64,000 nt of DNA from Candidatus Chazhemtobacterium aquaticus (GTDB taxonomy: Bacteria > Patescibacteriota > Microgenomatia > UBA1400 > Chazhemtobacteraceae). The stretch is from contig NZ_CP047901.1 in the NCBI RefSeq assembly GCF_009936135.1, forward strand, positions 408,984-472,983, written 5' to 3'. Positions 38,946 to 47,765 of this stretch are shown here, in pieces. A program made the translations under genes and the position numbers. How positions within the stretch are numbered: the stretch's first letter is position 1; each line of letters begins with the position of its first letter. The notes under the pieces are model-generated. The model searched no databases, was not told where the DNA came from, and worked only from the letters and a program-made list of their open reading frames with translations.

Positions 38946-40433
38946 ATGAAACCACCCCGTTTTCTTCGTTCCATTCCCCGTCAAGAACTTTTCTTCATCT
39001 CCCTCATCCTTCTCCTTGCCTTAAGCCTTCGCCTCTACCGCATCGATGATTACCTCACTTTCCTAGGTGATGAAGGCCGCGATGTCAGAGTGGTTCGCAA
39101 TATTCTTCAAGGCGATCCCGCCTTTATCGGTCCTCAGACCAGTATCGGCAATATGTATCTAGGCCCTCTCTACTACTACATGATGGCTCCTTTTTTATTG
39201 TTATGGAACTTCAATCCCGTCGGTCCGGCTATCATGGTTGCCCTGCTTGGTACCCTGACCGTTGCCTTTACCTGGTGGGTTGGTCGTACTTGGTTTTCTC
39301 CCTTAGCCGGTTTAATCGCCGCCTTTTTGTTTAGCATCTCGCCAGTTGCCATCATCTACAGCAAGTCTTCTTGGAACCCCAATCCCATGCCCTTCTTTGC
39401 TCTTCTTGCTTTCTGGTCTCTCTACCAAGCCTGGCAGAATCGCCGTTTCCTCTACCTTCTAGTCTTAGGTATTAGTGTCGCCTTCGCCCTTCAAATGCAC
39501 TACCTTGGTTTACTCCTCTTCCCCCCTCTTGGTCTTCTTTGGTTGGTTGCCCTAAAACGTTACTGGAACACCAAGGATCGTTACTCATTTGTTAAGCTTA
39601 GTCTCTTGGGTTTCCTTTCTTTTCTTCTGCTCATGAGTCCTCTGCTTCTTTTTGATATCAAGCACGACTTTCCCAATTATCAGGCCTTTACCGCCTTTTT
39701 CACCAATCGTCAGACTACCATCAACTTAAATCCGCTTAACTCAGACCGTTTCCTCTTGGTCCTAAACAAACTCACCGATGACCTGGTTATGGCCACCTCT
39801 CACTCATATCTGACTCTGGCCAGTGTCACTCTTATTACCCTCTCCCTCTTCTACCTTATCCGTACCTCCAAAGACAAAAAAAACTTCCTCACACTCCTCC
39901 TCTGGGTTGTTACAGGGTACCTGGGACTGGTTGTCTACAAGCAACACGTCTATGCCCACTACTTTGGATTTCTTTTCCCTGCCTACTATCTCTTGTTAGG
40001 TGTTCTTCTCTCCCGCCTTATTTCCTCCTCTCTACCAGCCCGTTTCCTAGCTGTTGCCCTTCTCTTATCCCTCTCCTATATATATCTTCAACACTCACCC
40101 TTACACTCTCCACCCAACAATCAGCTGTCAAGAACACAGGCGGCTGTTGACCAGATCATCTCTGCCAGTGGTGGCCAAGAATTCAACTTTGCCCTCATCG
40201 CCAAGCGAAACTACGACGAGTCCTACCGTTATTTCTTTGAGCTAAAACAAGCACCCTTGGTTAGGGGAGAGGATCGGCTCACCGACCAGCTTTTTGTCAT
40301 CTGCGAAGATGGTGATGCCTGTCAGCCGGAAGGTAATCCTCAGTACCAGGTTGCCATCTTTGGCCCCGCTCATGTAGTTGAGTCTTGGCAATTAGACCAC
40401 CTAAAACTCTACAAACTCATTCCCAGTCAATAA
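38946..40433 (+). CDS. ArnT/PMT-family (GT83/GT39-like) GT-C transferase
   Basis: FLGDEGRD, GPLYYY, WNPN and QMH; multi-TM. Confidence 0.85.
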   Translation: MKPPRFLRSIPRQELFFISLILLLALSLRLYRIDDYLTFLGDEGRDVRVVRNILQGDPAFIGPQTSIGNMYLGPLYYYMMAPFLLLWNFNPVGPAIMVALLGTLTVAFTWWVGRTWFSPLAGLIAAFLFSISPVAIIYSKSSWNPNPMPFFALLAFWSLYQAWQNRRFLYLLVLGISVAFALQMHYLGLLLFPPLGLLWLVALKRYWNTKDRYSFVKLSLLGFLSFLLLMSPLLLFDIKHDFPNYQAFTAFFTNRQTTINLNPLNSDRFLLVLNKLTDDLVMATSHSYLTLASVTLITLSLFYLIRTSKDKKNFLTLLLWVVTGYLGLVVYKQHVYAHYFGFLFPAYYLLLGVLLSRLISSSLPARFLAVALLLSLSYIYLQHSPLHSPPNNQLSRTQAAVDQIISASGGQEFNFALIAKRNYDESYRYFFELKQAPLVRGEDRLTDQLFVICEDGDACQPEGNPQYQVAIFGPAHVVESWQLDHLKLYKLIPSQ

Positions 40434-40569
40434 AAAACCCGGACAGCTTTTTTCTTTCCGAGCTATTCTGGACGTTTTGGTCACATTTTGTCACAAGCTA
40501 GGGATTCCGGTGAAAACTAATTAATATATTTTTTACCTCATTCTCGCTTGTTTTACTATCAACTTATAA

Positions 40570-40890
40570 GAAGAGGCACCTTATGGAGCTAACACTTTCG
40601 ATTTCAATATGTGGATCAAGGTGGGACTAAAGTATCCGATTTATTTTATAGATAAAGTGTTGTGTGATTATCGTATCCACAAAGAGCAGGTCAGCGAACT
40701 TCATTGGAGAAGAAAAGAAAAACCGACAGGTAAGATTGGTACTTATTTAGAAACAATCGGTGTTATAGCGAAACTATTGGACAATAAAAAATTAAAAGAC
40801 TCCAAGACAAAAACATTCTTCTTAGAGAGATTATCAGAGATTGACAATGAACTTGCTAATCTACTAAAACAAGTAGTTCCAGATTTATAA
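40570..40890 (+). pseudogene. C-terminal fragment of a GT2 glycosyltransferase
   Basis: FDFNMWIKV..LCDYRIH..Q.S resembles a GT2 C-terminus; in-frame stop just upstream. Confidence 0.6.
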
Positions 40891-40891
40891 A

Positions 40892-42079
40892 CTAGAGTGC
40901 ACCAAGGAGTTCCTCCTTGAAATGTTCTCCTTCTGAAGGAGTTCCCATCAATTTTGAAAGTCTTTTTTTGGAAATTACATAAGATTTACCTACACCAATA
41001 TTTCTCAAGAAGCTAATATCATGTGATACAACTAAAACTGCTCCTTGGAATTCCTGTAAAACTATCTCTATCTGTTCAATCGATTCAATATCCAAATTAT
41101 TTGTTGGCTCATCCAAAACCAATAAATCCACAGGCTGAACGACCATCATGGCGAGTGCTAATCTTGCTGTTTCACCACCACTCAACACCGATGCCCTTTT
41201 GTTTACTTCCGGAGTTTCTCTAAAAAGGAATCGTGCCAAATATTGTCGTAATTCACCTGGTGGAATAAAAGGCGCAACCCTTTGAGCATTTTCCAAGACA
41301 GATTGACCGCGATCAACTATCGCATACCGTTGATCAAGAAGTTGGACATTAATATCTTGTGCTAGTTGAATATCGCCAGTTGTTACTACATAATCCAGAC
41401 CTAGAATTCCTTTAATCCAAGTTGTTTTTCCAGACCCGTTGTTCCCAAATAAGGCTATTCGATCTCCAAAACTAATATCCATACTTCCGTCTTCAATCAC
41501 AACCATATCGCCATAAGAACAGGAAACATCACGAGCTGAAATTAGCCGCTTGCCTCTGTGAGCATCAGACTCTACTAAATTAGGTCTAATCTTGGCGGGC
41601 GTTTTTCTTTTAACTGCCTCTAGCTGTTCAAGGATCTCGTTTCTTTTACCCTCAGAAACACGCTTTTTCCTCCCAGCGGTTTTTGTAGCCCTTTCTTTGA
41701 AATAATGTGCACGAACCTTATCTAGATCATCAGGCTTTCTTGTTAAGTCCTTTCTTGCGCTATGAGCCACTCTTTGTTTTTCTTTTTCTATTTGCTTCTT
41801 GGCTTTTCTGACCTCACCACTCAAACGAACGACCTCCCTTTCTCTAGCAGCCTCTTGTAAACCTTTTTGTTCTTTGTAAAACTCATAATTACCACCATAC
41901 GGCTGTATAAAACCATCAGCAAGTTCCCATGTACTTGTTGTAACTTCGTTTAAGAAATCACGGTCATGAGATACGACCAAAAGCCCTCCTTGCCATTCAG
42001 AGATAAATTCTCTCAGCCACAAATTTGCATGCAAGTCTAGGTGATTTGTAGGTTCGTCTAATATGAGGTAAAGAATCAA
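40892..42079 (-). pseudogene. ABC-F ATPase truncated at the N-terminus
   Basis: Begins at the first Walker B (LILDEPTNHLD), then linker and a complete second NBD (GNNGSGKT, LSGGE, LDEPTNNLD); no first Walker A. Confidence 0.85.
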
Positions 42080-42284
42080 AAACTATTTTATAATCTTCAA
42101 TCAATTTATGCCTGTCTGAATCACTTCGTTCAATCAATGCAACTAATTGTATACTCTCATGGCGATAATAATACTCAAGGACAAAATAATAGTGAATTCT
42201 AAAAAATACTCAAAACTCTACAAACTCGTTCCTGGTCAACAAAAACCCTGATGGGTAAGGTCTTCCACCAGGGCTTTAAAAACT

Positions 42285-42530
42285 TCACAAGATCAAGATC
42301 GCCAACACTTGGGTTGCCGGATAGAGTAGGCTGACCACGATCAGCAACCAGCCCAAAGCCTCGACCCCTTTTCCTGGATCCTCAGGTAAGCGCTTACTTG
42401 CCATCAGATCAACAACTCCTTCGGCCAGAAAAATCATCGAGATGATCCACAAGCCAGCAGACTCGCCGATAGATAGCAGAAATACCGCTACCATCAGCAC
42501 AACGGCCAAGAACATTGTCCACGCTTTCAT
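42285..42530 (-). CDS. Small 3-TM orphan protein
   Basis: GGAG SD, AT-rich promoter region, downstream hairpin 42243-42277. Confidence 0.6.
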   Translation of the reverse strand: MKAWTMFLAVVLMVAVFLLSIGESAGLWIISMIFLAEGVVDLMASKRLPEDPGKGVEALGWLLIVVSLLYPATQVLAILIL

Positions 42531-42585
42531 TTCTACTCCAATCTCTATAGAAAGAGCAATGCCCTATATAATATCTCAGTTATAG

Positions 42586-42732
42586 GACTTAATCAAACTC
42601 GTGTATAGCTCACACGCTCTTCGGAATTTGGCTGTTAATGAACCGGATCAAACTCAGGTAGCTAAGAGAACTGTGCGGTCTTTTGTATCTGTAATCGTAC
42701 CAGGCATAGCTGTTAAGTTTGGCTTCTACTGA
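42586..42732 (+). pseudogene. Probable 3' gene fragment
   Basis: Open frame DLIKLVYSSHALRNLAVNEPDQTQVAKRTVRSFVSVIVPGIAVKFGFY* with no ATG. Confidence 0.3.
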
Positions 42733-42783
42733 TATTTTATTAATACATAAATAAAGTGAAGCAGTACAGCACAACCCTATAAC

Positions 42784-42896
42784 TTGACAGGTTTGCCTTG
42801 AGGATATAGAATTAAATTATGGTTAACCAAGAAAAAAGCTTGGTGGTTAGCCTCATAAGAGGTTAGGATTTTTGCCCGCAACTATGCGGGTTTTTT
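42784..42896 (+). promoter_or_regulatory. Promoter, leaderless 15-aa uORF and intrinsic terminator
   Basis: TTGACA-17-TAGAAT-6 nt-ATG; MVNQEKSLVVSLIRG* (42819-42866); CCCGCA-ACTA-TGCGGG-TTTTTT. Confidence 0.65.
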
Positions 42897-42909
42897 GTAA
42901 TATTAATTT

Positions 42910-44430
42910 ATGGATGAAAATAAAATGGTAGAAAGAGGCAGGCAAATAGACACCAATGAGGTTCGGGAACAAAGTACTGGCTTAAAGGAAGATCAATCTA
43001 ATGTAGAGATGAGAGGACAGGGTGTGTCTAGAAGGACTTTTCTGAAACTGGGTGCAGCTGCGGCAGCATTGGCGGCTGCAGAGAGAATAGGGTTGGTTCG
43101 AGTTGAGGCCCAAGAGGGAGAAGGTTACATCGTAACCAGATTGCCGGATGTAGACATGAGTGAGGCTGAGTTAGCTTCGGCCAATGACACAGATGGTGTG
43201 ATTGAGATGGAAGCCAACTCACCATTAAGTAGGTTGGCAATCGGACTACAAGAAAGAGTAAACGAGGCAAATAGTGGAGGAACTGAGAGAGCCGCTTTAA
43301 ACGTATCCCTGGTTGGTGATAGTGCACCGGCAGCTTTGGCAAGAGCCAGAGGAACAGCACTACCATATATGGAGATTAAGAGTGACCAGACAAGAGCGGG
43401 AGATTGGGTCTTAAGAGAAGGTAGTATCGTTTTCCCAAGACAAGTTGATGCTTACGGCGAGATTGAGTATGGCTACATGGAACCAGTGGAGGTACAAGGG
43501 TATGGCTTGACCAGACCTTTGTTAACCCCAGTGACCAGTGATTTAAGAAGGTATTTTCAAGACCTTGGATTGAGATCCCCATCCGTGGGTGACTGGGTGG
43601 CAATGACAGTAATCGATCGAGGAGACAGTGTCATTCCCGTATCCCTGGCTGTAACCAATCAAGCTGGAGAACCAATGGCCGTGGTTATTAGCTTTGGAGC
43701 AAACCAAGAAGCACCAGCGACACCAATACCGACTTTGGCGCCGGTAATGGGTGAGGTGGTGTTGATAGCGGAACCAGCTGTTGAGTACCAAGTTGATCCT
43801 ACCGGAGAGATCATGGAGACAATGCCAAGAAAGTGGGACGAGGTTGAGATAGTGAATAACGGGGCGAGAATGGGTATACCCAATGGAGAGGTACCAGCCG
43901 GAGTTTACAATGACCCAAACGGCTTAACATACTTGGTAGGTAGATTTGAGCGGGTTTATCGAGGCGGCAACATAGAGAATGATAGTGATATTTGGTATGG
44001 TGAGTTACAAGTTCAAGGTCAGAGGGTAACTGTCATTATCGGAGAGGAGCAAAGTATTGTTGGGGTATCCGATCTAACAGGATGGAGCGAGGAGTATGGC
44101 GGGAGTCCGGGTGTGGCTATTAGCCAGAGACTTGTAAGCTTCCCAACTTTGCAAGTAGTAGAATATTTGCAGCAGAATCCTGGCATTCCAGTGATGTTGG
44201 AGTATGAGTGGGGAATTGAAGAACAGGTAAACGCTTTAAGAGGAAGAACTGACGAGATGGCTGTCCGAGCAGTTGAATCTTATGACACGCAGTATAGCAT
44301 TACAGACACAGGTGATTTTATTCAAAGATCCAGGGCTAGCGGGGGCAATGTTAATTTAGATGGCATGATATTGTGGAGAGCTTTAACTTGGATGCCCGGA
44401 ATGTTTAATTACGCGAACAGAAACGCATAA
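42910..44430 (+). CDS. Hypothetical exported protein with twin-arginine-like signal
   Basis: VSRRTFLKLGAAAAALAAAE...VEA-QE; G-rich coding strand. Confidence 0.75.
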   Translation: MDENKMVERGRQIDTNEVREQSTGLKEDQSNVEMRGQGVSRRTFLKLGAAAAALAAAERIGLVRVEAQEGEGYIVTRLPDVDMSEAELASANDTDGVIEMEANSPLSRLAIGLQERVNEANSGGTERAALNVSLVGDSAPAALARARGTALPYMEIKSDQTRAGDWVLREGSIVFPRQVDAYGEIEYGYMEPVEVQGYGLTRPLLTPVTSDLRRYFQDLGLRSPSVGDWVAMTVIDRGDSVIPVSLAVTNQAGEPMAVVISFGANQEAPATPIPTLAPVMGEVVLIAEPAVEYQVDPTGEIMETMPRKWDEVEIVNNGARMGIPNGEVPAGVYNDPNGLTYLVGRFERVYRGGNIENDSDIWYGELQVQGQRVTVIIGEEQSIVGVSDLTGWSEEYGGSPGVAISQRLVSFPTLQVVEYLQQNPGIPVMLEYEWGIEEQVNALRGRTDEMAVRAVESYDTQYSITDTGDFIQRSRASGGNVNLDGMILWRALTWMPGMFNYANRNA

Positions 44431-44467
44431 GGTCTTGAGGCGGGTAAGCGAAAATCTTGCGGCGTGA

Positions 44468-45023
44468 CGGAACAAAAGGGTATCATTAGCAAAGCCATAT
44501 ATTGTTTATACGGGTAATTTGTATCCGCACAAAAACCTCCCCACCCTATTTAAAGCAATCAAATTATTGAATGGAAAAGTGAATCTTGCGATTGTATGTG
44601 CAAGATCAGTTTTTACAGAAAGAGCAGAAAAATATATCCAAAGAGAAAAAGTATCTAGATACGTTAAGTTTCTCGGCTATGTCCCTGATAAAGAATTGAT
44701 TAGCTTATATTCCCAATCAGAGGCTTTAGTCCAACCTTCGCTTATTGAAGGATTCGGCTTGACGGGATTAGAAGCGATGGCCGTAAAAACTCCAGTGATT
44801 GCGGCCAATGCTTCTTGTCTACCAGAGGTTTACCAAAACGCAGCCTTGTTTTTTGAACCACTTGATTCAAATGATCTTTACAAAAAAAATTTTACTGCTA
44901 CTCGAAAATAACAAAAAGAGGATTAATCTGGTTAAGAAGGGACAGAAACTAATAAAAAAATTTTCTTGGAGAAAGATGGCTAAGCAAACAGTAAATATCT
45001 ATTTGAAAACAATTCAGGAGTGA
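44468..45023 (+). pseudogene. GT4 glycosyltransferase C-terminal fragment with frameshift
   Basis: Starts mid-domain (KPYIVYTGNLYPHKN), EGFGLTGLEAM; frameshift in the A-run near 44882; tail FSWRKMAKQT in another frame. Confidence 0.8.
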
Positions 45024-45058
45024 TCCCTTAGCAGAGCTGTTATACCAACACTAATTAA

Positions 45059-45349
45059 ACGTATCACTTACAGAACAAAGGGTTGGATACAGTCGAAGCA
45101 AACGAACGTCTGGGGTTTCCAGCGGAACTTAGGGAATACTTACCGGTTCGCGATATTCTGGTGGATCTACAAGTCAAAACCATCACCCTGATGACCAACA
45201 ACCCTGACAAAATACGTAAGCTAACAGATTTAGGAATCGTGATTAACGACTACTCACCGCTGGAGACAAAACCTGGAATATACAATCAGCGGTATTTAAA
45301 AACAAAAAAGCAAAATGAATCATCGGTTACAAAAGGTGTAATAATATGA
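45059..45349 (+). pseudogene. ribA: GTP cyclohydrolase II C-terminal fragment
   Basis: YHLQNKGLDTVEANERLGF..R.Y, LMTNNPDK and YLKTKK. The N-terminal Zn site is missing and the KMNH tail is out of frame. Confidence 0.85.
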
Positions 45350-45894
45350 CACATATGAAAGTTGTTTTAGGTTCCACTAGCGATAGTAAAATTCAAATAC
45401 TCAAAGATACTCTGCAGCCCATGTCAAGGCAAAATCTTGAGATATCTGGAGTTGAGGTAGCGTCGGGGGTTGCTGACCAACCACTAGATGAGACGACCAC
45501 AATACAAGGAGCTATCAATCGTGCCAAAAATGCGCTTAGTAAAACACAAGGTTATGATTTTGCGGTTGGACTTGAGGGAGGTTTACATGATGTGGTAAAC
45601 ATGGGCTACTTCCTGATCTGTGCCGCCGCCATCTATGACAAAACGAACCATCTCTCACTCGGCATCGGAGGTAAACTTCAACTCCCCGTTGAAGTTTCAT
45701 CCAGAGTCAAAGCGGGAGAGCAATTTGGAGTAGTAATCCGCGAATATGAACAAAAACATCAAACCGATCCTCAAGCACTTCTGCTTATCCAAGCACTCAT
45801 ATCCAGAGAGAAAGCTTTTAAGCAAGCCATCCAAAACGCATATTTGGCATATAAAAATAAACACCATTTTAGTCAATTCTCATCAGCCTCTTAA
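45346..45894 (+). CDS. yjjX: Inosine/xanthosine triphosphatase (YjjX/DUF84)
   Basis: VLGSTS..K, SGVADQP..ETTIQGAINRA-like segment and VGLEGG. Confidence 0.85.
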   Translation: MTHMKVVLGSTSDSKIQILKDTLQPMSRQNLEISGVEVASGVADQPLDETTTIQGAINRAKNALSKTQGYDFAVGLEGGLHDVVNMGYFLICAAAIYDKTNHLSLGIGGKLQLPVEVSSRVKAGEQFGVVIREYEQKHQTDPQALLLIQALISREKAFKQAIQNAYLAYKNKHHFSQFSSAS

Positions 45895-46012
45895 TATCTA
45901 CAAGATAGTTTTTGGCTAATTCTCTTATATGTTTTGAGTTATTCACTCAATATGTGATTAGGTCTAGACCTCACAAACCTGTACAATAGCCTTGTTAGCC
46001 ATCAACATATTT

Positions 46013-47002
46013 ATGAGTGTTCCCACCCCAGTTCTTAAGTCCATTATCGAAAACGACAGCTTTCTAGCTCATGCTCACCTAGGCCCTGATGCCGACTCCA
46101 TCGGATCGACTTTGGCACTTAAACTAGGCCTTGAATCAGTCGGCAAGGTTGTCCATATTTACTGCGAAGACACCATTCCTGAATTTGCCTCCTTCCTACC
46201 TCATATTGACCAGTTTGCTGTCTCCACTCTTGAAGATGCTCTCAAAATCTATGACGCTGATATCTACCTCTCCCTCGACTCAGCCAAATGGGGGCTTATA
46301 ACCCACCACACCCCGGTCCCTGAGCTTCACCTGCCTTTGGTTAACATCGATCATCACTCCGACAATCACCTGGATACTCCATTAGCCTGGGTTGATAGCC
46401 AGTACAGCTCCACCGCCGAGATGGTCTTCCATCTCCTTAATGAGTTGGAAATCGATATCACTCCCCAAATTGCCACCTGTTTACTTTTTGGAATCCTGGG
46501 CGACACTGGTGCTTTCCAGAATCTTAATACCGACAGCAACTCTCTGCGAATCGCTGCCATCCTTAAGGACAAGGGCGGCGACTATATCCAATGTCTGATT
46601 GAACTGACTCGCTCCCAGGAGTTTCTTGAGCTCAAAGCATGGCAGCCCCTTTTAGAGAATCTAACCCTCTCCTCTGACGGCAGTTTTGTTTACTCTACCC
46701 TCTCACCAGAGGAGATAGCTTCTCTAGAAAAATCACCCCAAATCGGTCTTTTTGCCAATGCCATTATCGGCAAGATCAACGGCACCAAGTTTGGCGCGGT
46801 TCTAGCTGAAAAACAGTCAGGTATCACCAAAGGAGCGCTACGCAGCCGTCATCCCGATACGGACGTCACCCTCATTGCCCGCCTTCTTTCCGGTGGTGGC
46901 CACCCCGGGGCCGCTGGTTTTCGCTTGCTCAAGCCCTTAAAGGAAGCCAAGCAGGATTTCCTCAATGCAGTCGAATATTTACAAAAACAGGGTAAAATCT
47001 AG
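46013..47002 (+). CDS. nrnA: DHH/DHHA1 phosphoesterase (NrnA-like)
   Basis: H..PDADSIGS, IDHH, SSTAE, DTG.F, LRS and GGGHPGAAG. Confidence 0.9.
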   Translation: MSVPTPVLKSIIENDSFLAHAHLGPDADSIGSTLALKLGLESVGKVVHIYCEDTIPEFASFLPHIDQFAVSTLEDALKIYDADIYLSLDSAKWGLITHHTPVPELHLPLVNIDHHSDNHLDTPLAWVDSQYSSTAEMVFHLLNELEIDITPQIATCLLFGILGDTGAFQNLNTDSNSLRIAAILKDKGGDYIQCLIELTRSQEFLELKAWQPLLENLTLSSDGSFVYSTLSPEEIASLEKSPQIGLFANAIIGKINGTKFGAVLAEKQSGITKGALRSRHPDTDVTLIARLLSGGGHPGAAGFRLLKPLKEAKQDFLNAVEYLQKQGKI

Positions 47003-47005
47003 AGT

Positions 47006-47764
47006 ATGGCCAGCAAACCTCAGGTCTCTATCGTCATCCCCAACTACAACGAAGAACAAAACATCAAGCGTGGTGTTTTAGATCAAGTTGCCAGCTATCT
47101 CTCCAAAGCCAAGTTTACCTACGAAGTCATCATCTCCGATGATGGCAGCAGTGATTCGAGTCTAGATTTAGCCCTTGCCTTTGCTCGTAAGCACCCCCAC
47201 TTTAGAGTTCTAAAAAACCCTCACGGTGGCAAAGCCGCCGCTGTCTATGCAGGTATCAAAGCAGCTAAGGGTGATGTTGTTCTCTTTACCGACATGGATC
47301 AAAGCACTCCTCTAAAAGAAATCGAAAAGTTGCTTCCTTGGTATGATCGCGGTTACCAGGTTGTTTTTGGTTCTAGAGGTAAGGCTAGAAAAAATTTCCC
47401 TTGGTACCGCCAGCTCACCTCCTGGGGCTTTCGTTTTGTCCGTCAGATCTTCTTGCTTCGTGACGTCACCGACACTCAATGCGGCTTCAAGTCCTTCAAG
47501 ACCAAAGTAGCCCAGCAAATTTTCCCCAAGTTAGAGATCATCAATAAGGCTGGTACCACCAAAGGCTGGGTCGTCTCTGCCTTTGATGTTGAGCTTCTTT
47601 TTCTTGCTGAAAAATTTGGTTACAAGCTCAAAGAGGTCGATGTTACTTGGCGTGATGAGGACGTCGCCACCAACAAATCCAAAAACTTCTTCAAAGAATC
47701 AACCGATATGTTAAAGCAAATCCTGCGCGTCAAGTTAAACGACCTAAAAGGCGTCTACAACTAA
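47006..47764 (+). CDS. Dolichyl-phosphate glycosyltransferase-like GT2 (ALG5/DPG-like)
   Basis: IPNYNEE, DDGSSD, GGKA.AV, DMDQST, DTQCGFK and FDVELL. Confidence 0.92.
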   Translation: MASKPQVSIVIPNYNEEQNIKRGVLDQVASYLSKAKFTYEVIISDDGSSDSSLDLALAFARKHPHFRVLKNPHGGKAAAVYAGIKAAKGDVVLFTDMDQSTPLKEIEKLLPWYDRGYQVVFGSRGKARKNFPWYRQLTSWGFRFVRQIFLLRDVTDTQCGFKSFKTKVAQQIFPKLEIINKAGTTKGWVVSAFDVELLFLAEKFGYKLKEVDVTWRDEDVATNKSKNFFKESTDMLKQILRVKLNDLKGVYN

Positions 47765-47765
47765 T

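Larger units (their letters stand above)
40403..42248. repeat. ~37-bp imperfect direct repeat (40403-40440 and 42212-42248) flanking a 1.8-kb insert
   Basis: AAAACTCTACAAACTCattcccagtcaataaaaaaccc versus AAAACTCTACAAACTCgttcctggtcaacaaaaaccc. Confidence 0.85.

Noticed and set aside
40441-45990. Prophage, IS element or integron
   Set aside because: No integrase, transposase, phage genes, terminal inverted repeats or repeated attC-like sites were recognised.
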